Source of the DNA: Blastocystis sp. Blastoise
Taxonomy: Eukaryota; Protista; Bigyra: Opalinata
DNA length: 64,000 nucleotides
NCBI GenBank assembly: GCA_039096225.1
Contig: JBBPEB010000004.1
Coordinates: 682,001 to 746,000 of the forward strand
Reading direction: 5' to 3'
This document shows, piece after piece, positions 50,549 through 64,000 of this stretch. Within the stretch, counting starts at the first letter, position 1. Each line of letters starts with the position of its first letter. The notes beneath the pieces are model-generated. The model saw only the letters and a list, made by a program, of their open reading frames with translations. It was not told the DNA's origin and searched no databases. Both the position numbers and the translations under genes were made by a program.

Positions 50549-51689
50549 TAATAATACTTTAGATTCTTACTATTATATATATATTATTATATATAGACTG
50601 AAGGTGATGTTGTATTTATATGTGAAGCCAAAGATTATGATGCATATTTATTATTAGGAAAACTAAGAACGGATTTATATGAAGAAGCTCGTACTCGTAA
50701 CTTATTGCCAAAAGAACCGAAATACCGCGATTCTCTCCGCTTTTCTTGGATTGTCGATTTCCCTCTTTTTGAAGAACAAGATGGACATCTTATTGTATAT
50801 ATATATATTATTATATATATATTATTATATATATTATTATATATATAATTATATATATTATTGTCAATAATAACAGGATATGTATACAACAAAAAACATT
50901 CACATTTTCTATTTTTGAAAATGAACTTCAAACTTTAATATATTATGACTTATATATATAGTCATGTCATCATCCATTCACTTCTCCATCTCATTCTCAA
51001 ATGAATTTACTTCAGAAACCCGTACCATCGGATATATTAAAAACAATAAAAAGTGAAAGCTTTGATTTAGTTCTAGATGGATATGAGATCGGCGGAGGGT
51101 ATATTATTATTATGATTATTATGTTTATTATGATTATGATTATAATTTTATGATTATTATTATCTATATTATTAATATTATTATATAATATTATCTCTTC
51201 TATAGTTCACTTCGTATTCATAATCCATCATTACAACGATATATATTTGATCAATGTTTACATATTCATAATTATGAACAAAAAGTATATTCTATTATCT
51301 ATTATATATATAATATATATTATTATTTATATTATTCTATATTTAGTTTTCTCATTTACTTTCAGCTCTTTCCCACGGGGCTCCACCTCATGGAGGATTT
51401 GCATTAGGTATATAATCAATATCTTATATAATTAATAATAATAATAAAAATTATTATTATTGTTTATAGTTAATATTATTATTTTTATTAAGAATATATT
51501 ATGATAATTATTTAATATATAGGTGTGGATCGATTATTGGCTATTCTTCTTCATCAACCTTCTATTCGATCTGTTATTCCATTCCCCAAATCACTTTCAG
51601 GTGTTGATTTCATTACTGGAGCACCTACAAGAATGTCCAAAGAGGAAATAAAGGCATTCTTAGAACCTTTTAATAACATAAAAGAATAA
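48272..51689 (+). CDS. DARS2: Bacterial-type (mitochondrial/MRO-targeted) aspartyl-tRNA synthetase, about 15 exons
   Basis: N-terminal transit-like peptide, [124 protein letters not shown]. Confidence 0.95.
48955..49146. repeat. Intronic ~21-22 nt degenerate minisatellite (TATATG(T/C)TTTTATAA..)
   Basis: About 8 imperfect units in AspRS intron 48850-49181. Confidence 0.75.
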
Positions 51690-52067
51690 TTTATAGATAT
51701 TAAACATTATTTATTTCTGTGTAATTGATAAACATTTTTTTTTGTGTTTATATTTTTCGTATTAATTATCAAATGAAACTATATGAATATATAGATAGAA
51801 TTATATATAATATAAGCATATAAAATGTGAATTAAAATGTTTATTAACCAACATATTTAATTTTTTTTTGATATTCAGAAAAAAATGAAAACAGTTTATA
51901 TTGAATAGATAAAAAGAATCAATATAAATTATAATACAATTGAAGAAGGAGAAAAAAGAAAAGCTATAAAATAGATAATAAAAAAGAAAAACATGATAAT
52001 ACCAATTAAAAAGATATATATATGTATATTTAAATAATTGAAAATAATATCAAAGAAATCAATAGTA

Positions 52068-52688
52068 TTATTGTTGTGCAGATTCAAGTGGGTTTTTCAT
52101 GACAGCAGGAATCTCTGTAGTAGCAATATTGGGTGTATTTTTAGAGATCTCATTACAATGATTGGCCAATTGTTGCATTTGATTAATCTTAGCCTATATA
52201 TATGCATATGTTTAAATATATATATATATATCTATATATACAGCAAGAGAATTTAATTGATCTTTAATCTTTTTATATTTAGGATTATCTGGAACTATAT
52301 ATAATAATAAATATAATAATAAATATAATAATAAATATATAATAAATAGAATAATAAATATATAATAATAAATAGAATAATAAATATATAATAATAAATA
52401 TATAATAATAAATATATAATAATAAATATATAATAATAAATAGAATAATAATAACAATATATACGATAATCTGTATCAGCATCTTCATCATTTTCTTTAT
52501 CGGAATCAGACGGGGATGAATCGATGTCTGAATCGAATTCAGTCAGAGGCTTTTTAATAATAATGGTTTCTTCATCGGAATCAGAATCATTATCATTTTC
52601 ATCATCTTTCTCAAAGAAAGAACATAAATAATCATTGATCTATATATAAAGTGAATAAAATAATATATTAATAATAATAATAAATATG

Positions 52689-52729
<41 letters not shown>

Positions 52730-52730
52730 C

Positions 52731-52768
<38 letters not shown>

Positions 52769-53103
52769 GAAATAAAAAAAAAACTATTTATTTATATACT
52801 TTATCATAAGTAGTTTGATAATCGAATGTTTTAACAAATTGAATTACATTAGCTGTCACTCTTTCTGTGAATATCATAACTTCAGCACCTGTTTCCAAAA
52901 GACGATATTGTAATTTTTCATGTTGTATGAATTTTTTATTATTATCTTTTTTAACTTTAGAAACAGAACGACCTTTACAAGTCATAGAGGCAAAAGTCTT
53001 GTCAAGTACTATAGAAATACATATAGTCATTGGAAATTATAATTGAATGATAGAGAAAGATAAATATACCATCTACAGAATTTTCTACAGTATTGTCAGC
53101 CAT
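52068..53103 (-). CDS. Hypothetical protein with acidic middle segment, 5 exons
   Basis: Five GT-AG-bounded exons join in frame from ATG 53103 (MADNTVENSVDVLDKTFASM...) to TAA 52070-52068; no family recognised. Confidence 0.7.
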
Positions 53104-53567
53104 GATTGTGTAAACTTGACTTCTTTATAAAGAAGGTAATGATCTTAAGATTATTATATAGATAAATATTAAATAAAAACAAGATTTCTAATGTTACTTA
53201 CTTTGAAAATAGACTTGAAAAAAGTTAAAGAGAAAGAAAAAGTTGCGATAAAGAGAAAAAGTCGGGAAGATTGAAAAGGATGGGTATTTTCTTCTTTTAA
53301 TCGCGGATATTCTATAGAGTTTCACAATAAATTTGAAATAGAATAAATTATCGTGAGAATTTTTATTATTATGGAGACTTTCTCAAAACAATTAGGGGAA
53401 TCAGGTAGATTAGGGATTTGTCCCTTGTTGTTACCATCAATAAGATTGTGTAACATAATTCATTTCTGAATAGGGAATAATTGTTTTCATACAATATATA
53501 CTTTTTATATCTTATACAACTTGTGTGTATCTGAAGAAGTTGCCATAATTGGTTAATATAATAACTG

Positions 53568-55315
53568 ATGGCATTTATTACAAATCCAGCTGTATGTTGG
53601 CTTTCTATTTTCTATTTTATATTTTATAGATTCTAGACGATTCTCTATTTGAATCAGCATTGTATGTTTTTCTCATAATTCTTGTATTATTATAAATTTC
53701 TTTTGAGTATAGAATAGAAGCTCCTCCATCGAGATCTCGAGGTAGACCTAGGAGTGATAGTCTTGATGTCTCGTCATTAGATCGAAAATGTGAACGATCT
53801 GTTGTAAGCATTTCTATAATATTTAATTATATTGATCTATGTTTTATATATTCATTTGCATAGACATTTGAGGAATCTATATTTAATCATTCTATGCGTG
53901 TTGCTAAAAGTGCTTCAACAATAAAACCGAATTATTCACCAACACCATTAGATCCATTTGAAACAACTGCGTCCATTGAAGAAGTATTTAATTATCACTT
54001 ATATATTTTTTATTTATATATTGCTTGTTTTAAAAAATATGATATTTTTTTAATATATTTATTATTATATATATTATTATTATATATTATATATTATTAT
54101 TATATGTTATTCTTATTATATATTATTATATATTATATATATTAATATATATATGTTAATATATATATAGAGACGAGATGAGAGTCAAGCTATAAATGAG
54201 AATAAAGTTGAATATTTACAACAATGTATGATGCAGACTTTTCGTGTATTGATTCTGGGAGAATCAAGTATTTCAAATGATGAAAAAACCCAGTTTCTTA
54301 AAGGATTCTTATCACCTTGCGATTTAACGACAAGCTGTCATTATGATAATACGTATTTATATGTTTTTTTTATTTGTATAGTTATTATTATTTTTTATAT
54401 ATATTTTTTGTTATTCTTTAAACAAATATATTATAATTATAATTATTTTTTATATACATCATATATAGTTGTATTTTTATTTAAACTATTTTAATATATA
54501 TATATATAGTGTGAATTACTATTCAAAGAAAGTTAATTTATCGAATCAATCCATTATTCTTAAAGTGTGTAATCTTCCATTTGAACTCCTTAACCCTATT
54601 AATGATTATTTATTTGGTATATATATATTATTATATTATATATTATTATATTTATATTATTAAGATTATTATTATAATTATATTATATTTATATTATTAA
54701 GACTATTATATTATATTATTAAGATTATTATTATGATTATGTTATATATATATAGTATACGTAAAAACGAGTCATATTATCATTTTATTATGTGATTGTA
54801 ATAAACCAAATCTTTGTGAATATATCCTTTCTATATAAAATAATAATAATTATTAATATATGTTCCATTTTATATACTTACTACTCTTATATATATATAT
54901 AATTAATTTTATTTTTCTTAATATCTTTTGTACATCTAAAGCCATATTTGGATCGTATTCAAAACACAGGCATTTGTATAAATGATCAAATTCCTGTGAT
55001 TTTGGTTTTAAAACGAAAATTATCTAATGATGTTTCAAATCAAAATCGAAAATATGTAAAACAATTTATGAATCAATATCCTTTCGTTTCTCTTTTCGAA
55101 TTCTCAACAATGACAAAGAATGTGTCAGAAAAAGTGTATGATAAAACTTTACAACTAGTAAACAATAAATTACAGTATATATATATAATAAATCTAGTTA
55201 TATACATTATATATATATATAATAAATCTAGTTTATACATTATATATATATTTATCTATCTATATATTTACATATATATAGAAACCCCTCTGATAGTAAC
55301 TGTTCTATTTTTTAA
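53568..55315 (+). CDS. Highly divergent Ras/Rab-superfamily fold protein (probable pseudoGTPase) with N-terminal extension and C-terminal CaaX (CSIF), about 9 exons
   Basis: FRVLILGESS (beta1/G1), YYSKKVNLSNQSIILKVCN (beta2-3), YVKTSHIIILLCD (beta4), IPVILVLKRK (beta5), LFEFSTMTKNVSEKVY (G5 region), ends SDSNCSIF*. Confidence 0.75.
54822..54933 (+). other. AT-AC (U12-type) intron in the Ras-like gene
   Basis: Perfect U12 donor ATATCCTTT at 54822, branch-like TTTTCTTAAT near 54913-54922, acceptor TAC| at 54933; removal gives in-frame GAA T|AT CTA AAG CCA TAT TTG GAT CGT. Confidence 0.92.
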
Positions 55316-57494
55316 GTTATTACTAACTCAATATATATATCTATATATACATATATGAATAATATTCTATAAGCCATTCTTCATAATAAATCATTATCCT
55401 TTTATTTCCATTGTTTCTTCTTGAAAACTATATATATATATATATAGCATTCTTTCCTATTATATAATCTATCCTTTTATTCTTGATATTCTATTTGTTT
55501 TATATTTGTATCGTCAAATTTTCTGTATTTTTTCAAATTGTTTTCTTTATATATATATATATATCTATACATATATATAGTAGATATATATTGGTATATA
55601 TGACTCTGTTATTCTATTTGTTTTATATTTATAAACAATCATTATCTGGCTTTATAATTATATACTATTATATCTATATTTATATACATATATATATATA
55701 TATATTTTCTGTACTCTATTTCTTTTATGTATTTGTATTTATTAATATATACATAAAGATTTTTTGTATTCTTTTTTTTTCTTTACTATTTTTCTAATTT
55801 CTAATTTATTATAATATAAATATCCTTATATTTATAATTGAATATAAATATATATTTCTTTATACTTATATAGAATCACAACTGTTTTTATCTATATGTC
55901 TAAACATTAAATTTTATTATAAACATATTTTTATTACCATTATTTATTATATATATATTGTTTTTAGATATATATATATATGTATATATTCCTATATTTT
56001 CTATTAAATAAACACAAAATATGAATTGAAACAAAAAATATATATTGATTTTCTTTCTTTCTTTTATGAAATTATTATTTGTTTTCAAAAACAAATTCTT
56101 TTGCTATATCTTTTTTTATTTTGTTATATATATTTTTATTTTATATATTGTATATACTATTATTTGTTTCTATATTTATATATAATTATTCATTAAAGTC
56201 AATGAAATATGTATTATCTTTTTTGATATTTCTTATATAGTCATATTATTCTGTTTAAATATAAGTATATTTTTAATATATATCATTTCTTAATATTATT
56301 CCAATTTTATTTATTTTTATTTTTCCAGTTTCTTCTTAATTTTAATATCTAATTGACAGTTTATATATCAATGAACATTTTTAAAATCAGTATTGTTTTT
56401 GTTTTATGATGAGTATTCTGTGATGACTAGAAAATAATTCTTTTGTTCACAATTTATGATCAATATCAGTAATACATTATATTTCTCCATTCATATATGA
56501 GACTCTAGACAAAGTAAATATCTTTCTTTGTAGTCACTATCTCAAACTCACAAAATAATATGAAATTGACATTTTCAATTTATCCCTTTCATAGTCATAC
56601 AAATATATGTATATATAGAGTTATCAGTTACAAGAATCTATTTCCTATACATATAACATCATTCTAATTTTGAATATTCAATTCTTCGCTAATTATGAGC
56701 AAGAATAAAAAAACTTTTAAATACTGATTTATAAATATATTCTAAATTATATTTTAATTATCAATTTTTATCAAACGAAATAAGAAACTTTGAGAATAAC
56801 GTAATGGAAAAAGAAATAGAAAAACAAGTAAAAAAAAAATGAATAATAAAAACATTGTTCATTTCTATTGTATTTCTTGTGTACATTTCGATGAAATAAG
56901 GAAGAAAATAAAAAGAATGACAATCCTTTTTGGTTGATCTCCAGATAGATCCTTTATTTGTATATGGTTCCTAATATAAGGATCTAGTTCAAAAAAATGA
57001 CCATCAATACCCATAAATATCGATCAAAAAGGATTCATTTATATTCATGGAATTTTAAAAAAGACTCTATTCTGTTTCTATAATAATTAACCATGTTCGT
57101 TGAAAAGGCGTCAACAAAAACCGTGGGAATCAAAAAATGAATCATAAACATGTCAGTTGAAGAATTTCTTTGGGTCATCTTTAAATAATTACTTCCTTAT
57201 ATAGATTTCTATAATTCTGGTTATTTTCATTTTTTTGGGAATGCCTTTTATCATTCATTGTTCTTTTGCCTACGAAGTTGTTTTGGGTTTATGTTTTAAA
57301 TTTCTGTTTTTGGTTTTTCTAGTTCGCTTTTTACGATTCAATTTATATAAGTATTCATTTATAGAAAGGTATTTAAATAGCTATTCTATAACTATAGTCA
57401 ATATATGTTTTGTAATTATTGAAAAATAGTAATCGAATTCCATGTTTGTCTATACTTTTTATTTCTTTTAGATTTTATTTCTATAAATTCAGAG

Positions 57495-58198
57495 ATGTCC
57501 GAACAAACAAATAAACCTGTGAAGAGGCCATCAAATTCTCTGATAACGATACCTGTTCCATCTTCACATCGACGAAAACTTATTGTATTACCTTATGAGA
57601 ACAAGGTAGACGTTCGCGTTGAAGTATATTATATATATTTTCATTCGTTATTCATTTCTAATTCTCATTAGGCTCAACCAACACCATCTTCTTTGGACGT
57701 ATTACCAGATGAAGCATTAGAATGTATTATCAAATTTCTTGGATATAAGTATTTTTTTCTAAGAAGATAATATTATTCGAATTATATTTAGAAGTGATTC
57801 GACATTCTATTTATGCTCTACATTCAAACAACTTACAAGAATTCGAAAGAAGGTTATGTCAGATACATTTGATAAAATAAAAGGTGATTATAAAGACAAT
57901 TATTCAACAGGATTTGCATCTCCAGATAAATGTATGACTCCTTATATTGTTAGCACTAAAAGAAATGAAGATATTTATTTGAAAGTATATTTTTATTACA
58001 CTTTGATCTATTATAACAAGTTTTATTTTTAGATATATTTTTTTTGTTTTATTTTTTTTAGATTATATATATATATTAATATTTAAAAATAAATATATTG
58101 TTATTAAATACTATTTAGTCAAACTATCTCGATTAATATAATATTATATATAGAGATTAAAGAACTCCAAACGAAGGTTAACTTTTACAGATAATTAA
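57495..58198 (+). CDS. Small F-box-like protein, 4 exons; absent from the ORF track
   Basis: Spliced translation contains SLDVLPDEALECIIKFLG (F-box LP.E....I..FL pattern); ends RLKNSKRRLTFTDN*. Confidence 0.72.
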
Positions 58199-58781
58199 TT
58201 ATATATATTCTTATTTAAATATATACTTATTTAATGTAATTATACTAGTGAATTCTGCCAATTTTAAAACTAATCTTCATTCTTTTTATGTATTTCCTAC
58301 ATTAATAAGTCATATATTACAGTTTCTATATATTTTTTTTGAATATTTGTGCTTTTTTTTTCATCTTTTCTTCTTCTTCTCCTCTTTTTCTTTTTCTTTT
58401 TCTTTTTTTTAAATATTAATAATGAATTTACATCTATTTTATTGCTTTTTCATGTACCATTTCTTTTTCACTTTCATGTATTTTCTAATTTATCGCTTTT
58501 TTGTAGTCTTCTCTTTTTTTAAAATTTAGTTTTTGGTTTTTATTATATCATGTATTTAAGACCTATTTTTGATATTTAAAATAAGTATAAGAATTATCAA
58601 GAGAATTAGGATCAGACAAATAAATTCATTTGGTGAAATACTACAATTATTTAAAAATAAATCATCTTTTTTTTTAAATATTTGCTTAGAAATAGCAAGT
58701 ATTTATTTCAGAAAACAATTAATAACGTTGTTCGATATATCTGTATTTGATTAAAGCACAATAATCAAACAAAAAGTTTCG

Positions 58782-61746
58782 ATGGATGAACTGCTAATTC
58801 AAGAAAAACAAAAGATTTCATTGAACGATAGCTACCGTATCATAAAGAATAAGAAAATGTATATTTACTTTATAATTGATATACTTTATTGATTAGAAAT
58901 ACAAAAGTTTTATTCGTAGCATCCATAAAAGAGATTCATGTAAATAATAAAAAGAATAGAAGTCGATTAACTGAGTCGTTGATGTCGATCAATGACCTTT
59001 TAAAGACATATTTTGATGATCTTGATTATTCTTCAGTGAAAAATATAATTTCTCCACTTTTAGAACCTACAATAATAAAGGAACATGTACATACGATATC
59101 TGTTTATTATTATTGTTTTTTAGGGAATTGAATCATCCTTAACAAGTCGTTGTTTAGATGTTCTTCTTTTTTCCTTCTTTTTTCTACATAAAAAAGATTG
59201 TTCTTCATTTTTAGATTATTGTCTGCAACAAGAAGATCGGTATATATGATTTGATATATATATATATATATATAGAGTTTTTTTATTAGAAATTGGTACT
59301 TTTATTCTTTATATATATTTAAATGTTGAATGGCTTGGAAGACTATATAGTTATTATTATGAGAATGATAATGATGCGTTTAAAATCTATTCCTTACAAA
59401 ATGAATCTAATTCTAATTCTAATAAGAAATCACTTATTGAAGTCATTGAACCTAATCAAGAAGTATTCTATTATGTTATATTATATTATATATTATTATA
59501 TTCTATTCTATTCTATTCTATTCTATACTATTATATACTATTCTATTATATACTATTATATACTATTATATACTATTATATACTATTACATTATATATAT
59601 ATAATCATATTTATCCATTATATTAATGATCAATTATATTATGTTTATAACTTTATTCTACATTATAAATTCTAGATATCTTCTTTATATCATAATAATC
59701 AGGATTATAATGATTATACTAAAAAGGGAAATAATTATATATCTACGTTTGATCTTTCCTCTATTCTTCAAAACTGTCTTTCTATTCTAAATAAAGAAAA
59801 AAATAGTATATATATAAATATTATTATAAATATTGTTATAAATATAACTATATGAACATTTGATATATATAACATATTTATCATTTATTTTTCTTTTTAT
59901 CAACATTAAATATTTTCTTTAAAAAAAATGTATTCATTATATCTATATAGGTCCATCATCTCGCATATATACTATTTTTATGGATATATCTATATATATA
60001 TACAACTCAACTATTCTTCATTTTATCTCTATATATACATCAAAAATAGATACCTTATCTTCTCTTCTTCATACAGAAGATACTCAATTATATAATCATT
60101 CAAATATCAAATATCTTATATCTTCAACAGAACCCTATATTTCCCGTGGGAATCAAGAGATAAAAGAGAAGACACAAGATGAACAGGATCATCAATTATT
60201 AAACAGTATTCAACAACTCAAAGAAATCTATACTTATTTATTATTATGGTATATATATATATATAATATTTTTTAAAAATAATACTCATTATATTATTTA
60301 ATGAACATATATGAAATTCTTTAACAATAGGATTGATGATCATAAATCACGTGATTTCCGTAAAAAGATGATTGAAATTCAGCGTGGATCGTTACGTTAT
60401 TATGAGGATTTATATAATAAAGGAATGATTCAATTTTATCAATATATATTAATATATAATAATCAAGAGAAAGATGGTGCTAATTCATTCTCTACACTTA
60501 TTCTGTATATATATAAATCTTTATTATATAAATTTACATGTATATTTTTCATATTTCTATATAGTATTTTATCTTGTGTATATAATAACAAGCTTTGTCT
60601 TCTTACATTGCTACAGGAACTATCTCTTACTCTTCCTCCTCTTTATATATATACATTCAGAAAAAGTGAAAGCATAGACATATTATCAAAACAATTAACT
60701 ATTTTAAAAGACCCTATAATGGTATTATATATTATATATATTATATATTTATATTAATCATGATATATCTTTTTCAATATTATTATTTTTGAAGTTTATT
60801 ATGTATCATTAATTATAGGTCATTATGTTTTATTATATATGTATTTATTTTTTATATATTCTTTATGTATTTATTTTTTTATATATTATATATGTATTAA
60901 TTTTTTTATATATTATATATGTATTTATTATTTATATATTATATATATCTTTAGAAAGAGCAATCAGAGACAGATGATCAATATGAATATAAAGTTTATA
61001 TATACAGTATTCTATTTCGAGAACTATTGGGCCAACTTGGGGGATTACCGTCATCCGTACAAAATGGGGTACATATATACTAGTTATATTTATTATATAT
61101 ATATATATATATTTTATTATATTATACTCATGGTTCTTCTGCTAATTATATGTATATATATTATATATACTATTTATAGTTCATAAAGAATAATATATCG
61201 TTATTATACTCTATATGTATGTCTTCTCTTCATGTATCTATTCCTTCTTCTTCTCCTTCTTCTATTCGCTATATTGTTATATATCCTGTTATTATGTATT
61301 TATTCTCATTAAATATCTTCCCGGCAGATATGATGACGAGTAATGCGTCATTATTTATATCTATGCTCAAAACAAATGATCCAATCAGTGAAGCTATTGT
61401 ATATTTATTTTCTATTATAATCAGCTATATATATATATATATAGACTTCATTATTATCAACATTATGTCTTTCAGAAGAAACTTCATCATCAATATTTCC
61501 ATTATTATTTGCACAATTATCTTTATACAAACAAAAATATAACTATATATATAATACAGAGAAGAATAAACAGATAGATAATGATGAAAATGAGGATATA
61601 TATTACAGTCAAATGAATACTTCAAAACAATCTATAGATAACTCTATTGAAAATGATATTAATACTAATATTAATAAGGAAGACAGAAATACATATATTA
61701 ATATTCTTCATGTTTTTATGAATTTATTCAATAAAATCAATCAAGG

Positions 61747-61806
<60 letters not shown>

Positions 61807-64000
61807 TTAATAATCCTAATTATTATTATTATTATGAATATTATACTTATTCTTCTTCTTATTATTATTATATAGTTCCTCAAACTCTGATAACGTCGTT
61901 ATCTCCCTATTTATTTGATTTTATGAATGAAAAATATTTATATATACAAATGGCAAATCAACAAATCCTAAAATATTTTGGTATTCTTCTTCTTCTTATT
62001 ATTAATAATAATAATATATATATATAGACCCAAGTATTGTTATGAAAGAACTGATTTCTCGGTATACATCACTAAATAACAATTTCCAAGGAAATAAATA
62101 CTTTTCAAATAATATATATCAAACTATTGTTTTACTCATGTTACACCAACCTGTATATATATATTTTTAATACATGATAATTATTTATTTTATATATTTT
62201 CTATAACTTTATAAATAGGACTTAGTAACAACTGTCACTTGTATTTATTCATATATGAAAGATTTGTATATATATATATATTTAATAAAAATTTATATTA
62301 AATAAATATATATTATATATAAATTTATATATAATATATTTAATATAAATTTATATATAATATATTTAATATATAATCTAACATAGAACACCTACTGATT
62401 CACTATATACCCTTTTTGATCGAATTATAAAGCGATATATACAAATAGAAACAAATACATCTGTATAATTTTATTCATAAATGATTCCCATAAATATTTG
62501 TGATTTCTATATATATAGAAATATATTCCTCTCTCTGAATATCTATACACAAACTTTACTAATAATTGTCAAAACCCAAATTCATTACATTTATTATCTC
62601 TCTGTATTTTGACTATAATCTTATATATTATAAATTATATATATAGTTTTTGACGCTATTCATTTATATCTCTTTCCAAAGATCTATCCTTCTCTTCTTT
62701 CTATATATATATCTTTCTATTCATTATCAGGAAAAAACAAGACTATTAATATAAATGAATATAGAAATCAAACACAACATTATATCCCTCTTCTAATTCT
62801 TCAATTATATACATATTCACAATTAAATGAAGATTTTTCTTCTTCTTTAACACAAAATGATAATATTTTAAAGAATACAAGAGAAATAAATCAATTATAC
62901 TTTAATCGTATATTTCAATCTATTCAACATTTTTCTTCTACATACTTCATGTCTACTTCATCCAGTTTATGTCTATCAGAAGCAGAAATTGAATTTTCTA
63001 CAATTCTTAATCAACTCTTTGTCAATAATGATATTCATATATATACTTTTATTTGTTTACTTCTTCTACAGTTACTAGATCAAAATAATTCTTCACAAGT
63101 AAATATATTTATTTATCAATGTAATTTTATGAATAGAATTATAATTTATAATATTTATTTTCTTATTATTTTTATTATTATATGAATCTAAATAAAAGTT
63201 ATACTTATTATTCTTCATATATAGTTTCAAAAATTGTATTGTTCTACTATATCTACATTTCCTTCTCTTTATGTCTATCCTATTTTCTATGGTATATCAT
63301 TATTTATCTTGTTTGCTTCAACTTCAGAATATTCAGAAGATATTATTCAATTTATTCTTCATCATCTATATTCATATTGTATTCAGTATATACAACAATA
63401 TTCTGAATTATCTGAAAATGATACTAATATTCTTCAGTCTCTTTCTTATACTACTAATTATTCTCTTTCTTCTTCTTTACAAACTCCTGTTGTACAACAT
63501 AAGATTCCTATACAAACAACAGTATTCTCATTTTTAAGATACTTCTTTTATTGTATACAGAATTGTATTATACAAAACACAAAAGAATTATATCATTATT
63601 ATAATATATCATGCTTTTATTCCATATATATGATACTCATATTATTAGTTTCAAAAGAAAACTGGGAAAAAGATTCTATTATACCTGAATTATATAATAA
63701 TAATAAGAATAATATAGTTAATAGTAATATAGTTCATAATAATATAGTTAATAATAATAATAATAATATAGTTAATAATAAGTCTTATAATATAGATACA
63801 AGTCTTCAGGATAAATATATAGGAAATAATTCTATTTCAATAAATAATAAGAATAAAAATGAACAAATGAATACTAAAGAATCTATTTTAATACAAGAAA
63901 TAAATAATAAGCAGTCTATATCTATAACTACAAATAATACGAATTCTCTATGGGGATTATCCCATGAATGCCAAGAACATATACTTATAAGTCTACAACA
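58782..64000 (+). CDS. Large multi-exon hypothetical protein (helical, low-complexity inserts), 3'-partial
   Basis: About 17 GT-AG-bounded exons join in frame from ATG 58782 (MDELLIQEKQK..) to the window end; no family recognised. Confidence 0.7.

Noticed and set aside
53371-53469. Short ATG-initiated ORF upstream of the Ras-like gene as a possible first exon
   Set aside because: Its GT donor is out of phase with the acceptor at 53629; ATG 53568 gives a clean model.
55316-57494. 2.2-kb gene-free interval as a possible ncRNA or mobile element
   Set aside because: No terminal repeats, coding remnants or recognisable RNA motif seen; cannot be supported without covariance-model searches.

Overview
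Very AT-rich, gene-dense, intron-rich nuclear DNA from a microbial eukaryote (standard code; a Blastocystis-like stramenopile is plausible but is inference only). Manual exon stitching supports 18 protein genes and one intron-containing tRNA-Tyr. In order: a >11 kb intronless midasin-related AAA+/multi-vWA ORF (open at the left edge), importin-alpha, kinesin-4, GT13 GlcNAc-transferase, a-a-D type PDI, CTF8, papain-family protease, BTB-TLDc protein, tRNA-Tyr, Sec14/CRAL-TRIO, MABP-Sec7-PH ArfGEF, acidic histone-fold protein, DP transcription factor, ALG13, organellar AspRS, a hypothetical, a CaaX-ending Ras-like pseudoGTPase, a small F-box protein and a large hypothetical running off the right edge. 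Most short entries in the ORF track are exon fragments or microsatellite artefacts. The most unusual signals concern splicing: two AT-AC (U12-type) introns, an exactly duplicated back-to-back intron with a zero-length exon in PDI, two junctions that cannot be joined with the expected GT-AG pair, and introns built almost wholly of self-complementary TA/TAT repeats with no polypyrimidine tract. The giant AAA+/vWA gene and several domain fusions also merit follow-up. All gene models are hand-derived and need RNA-seq confirmation.
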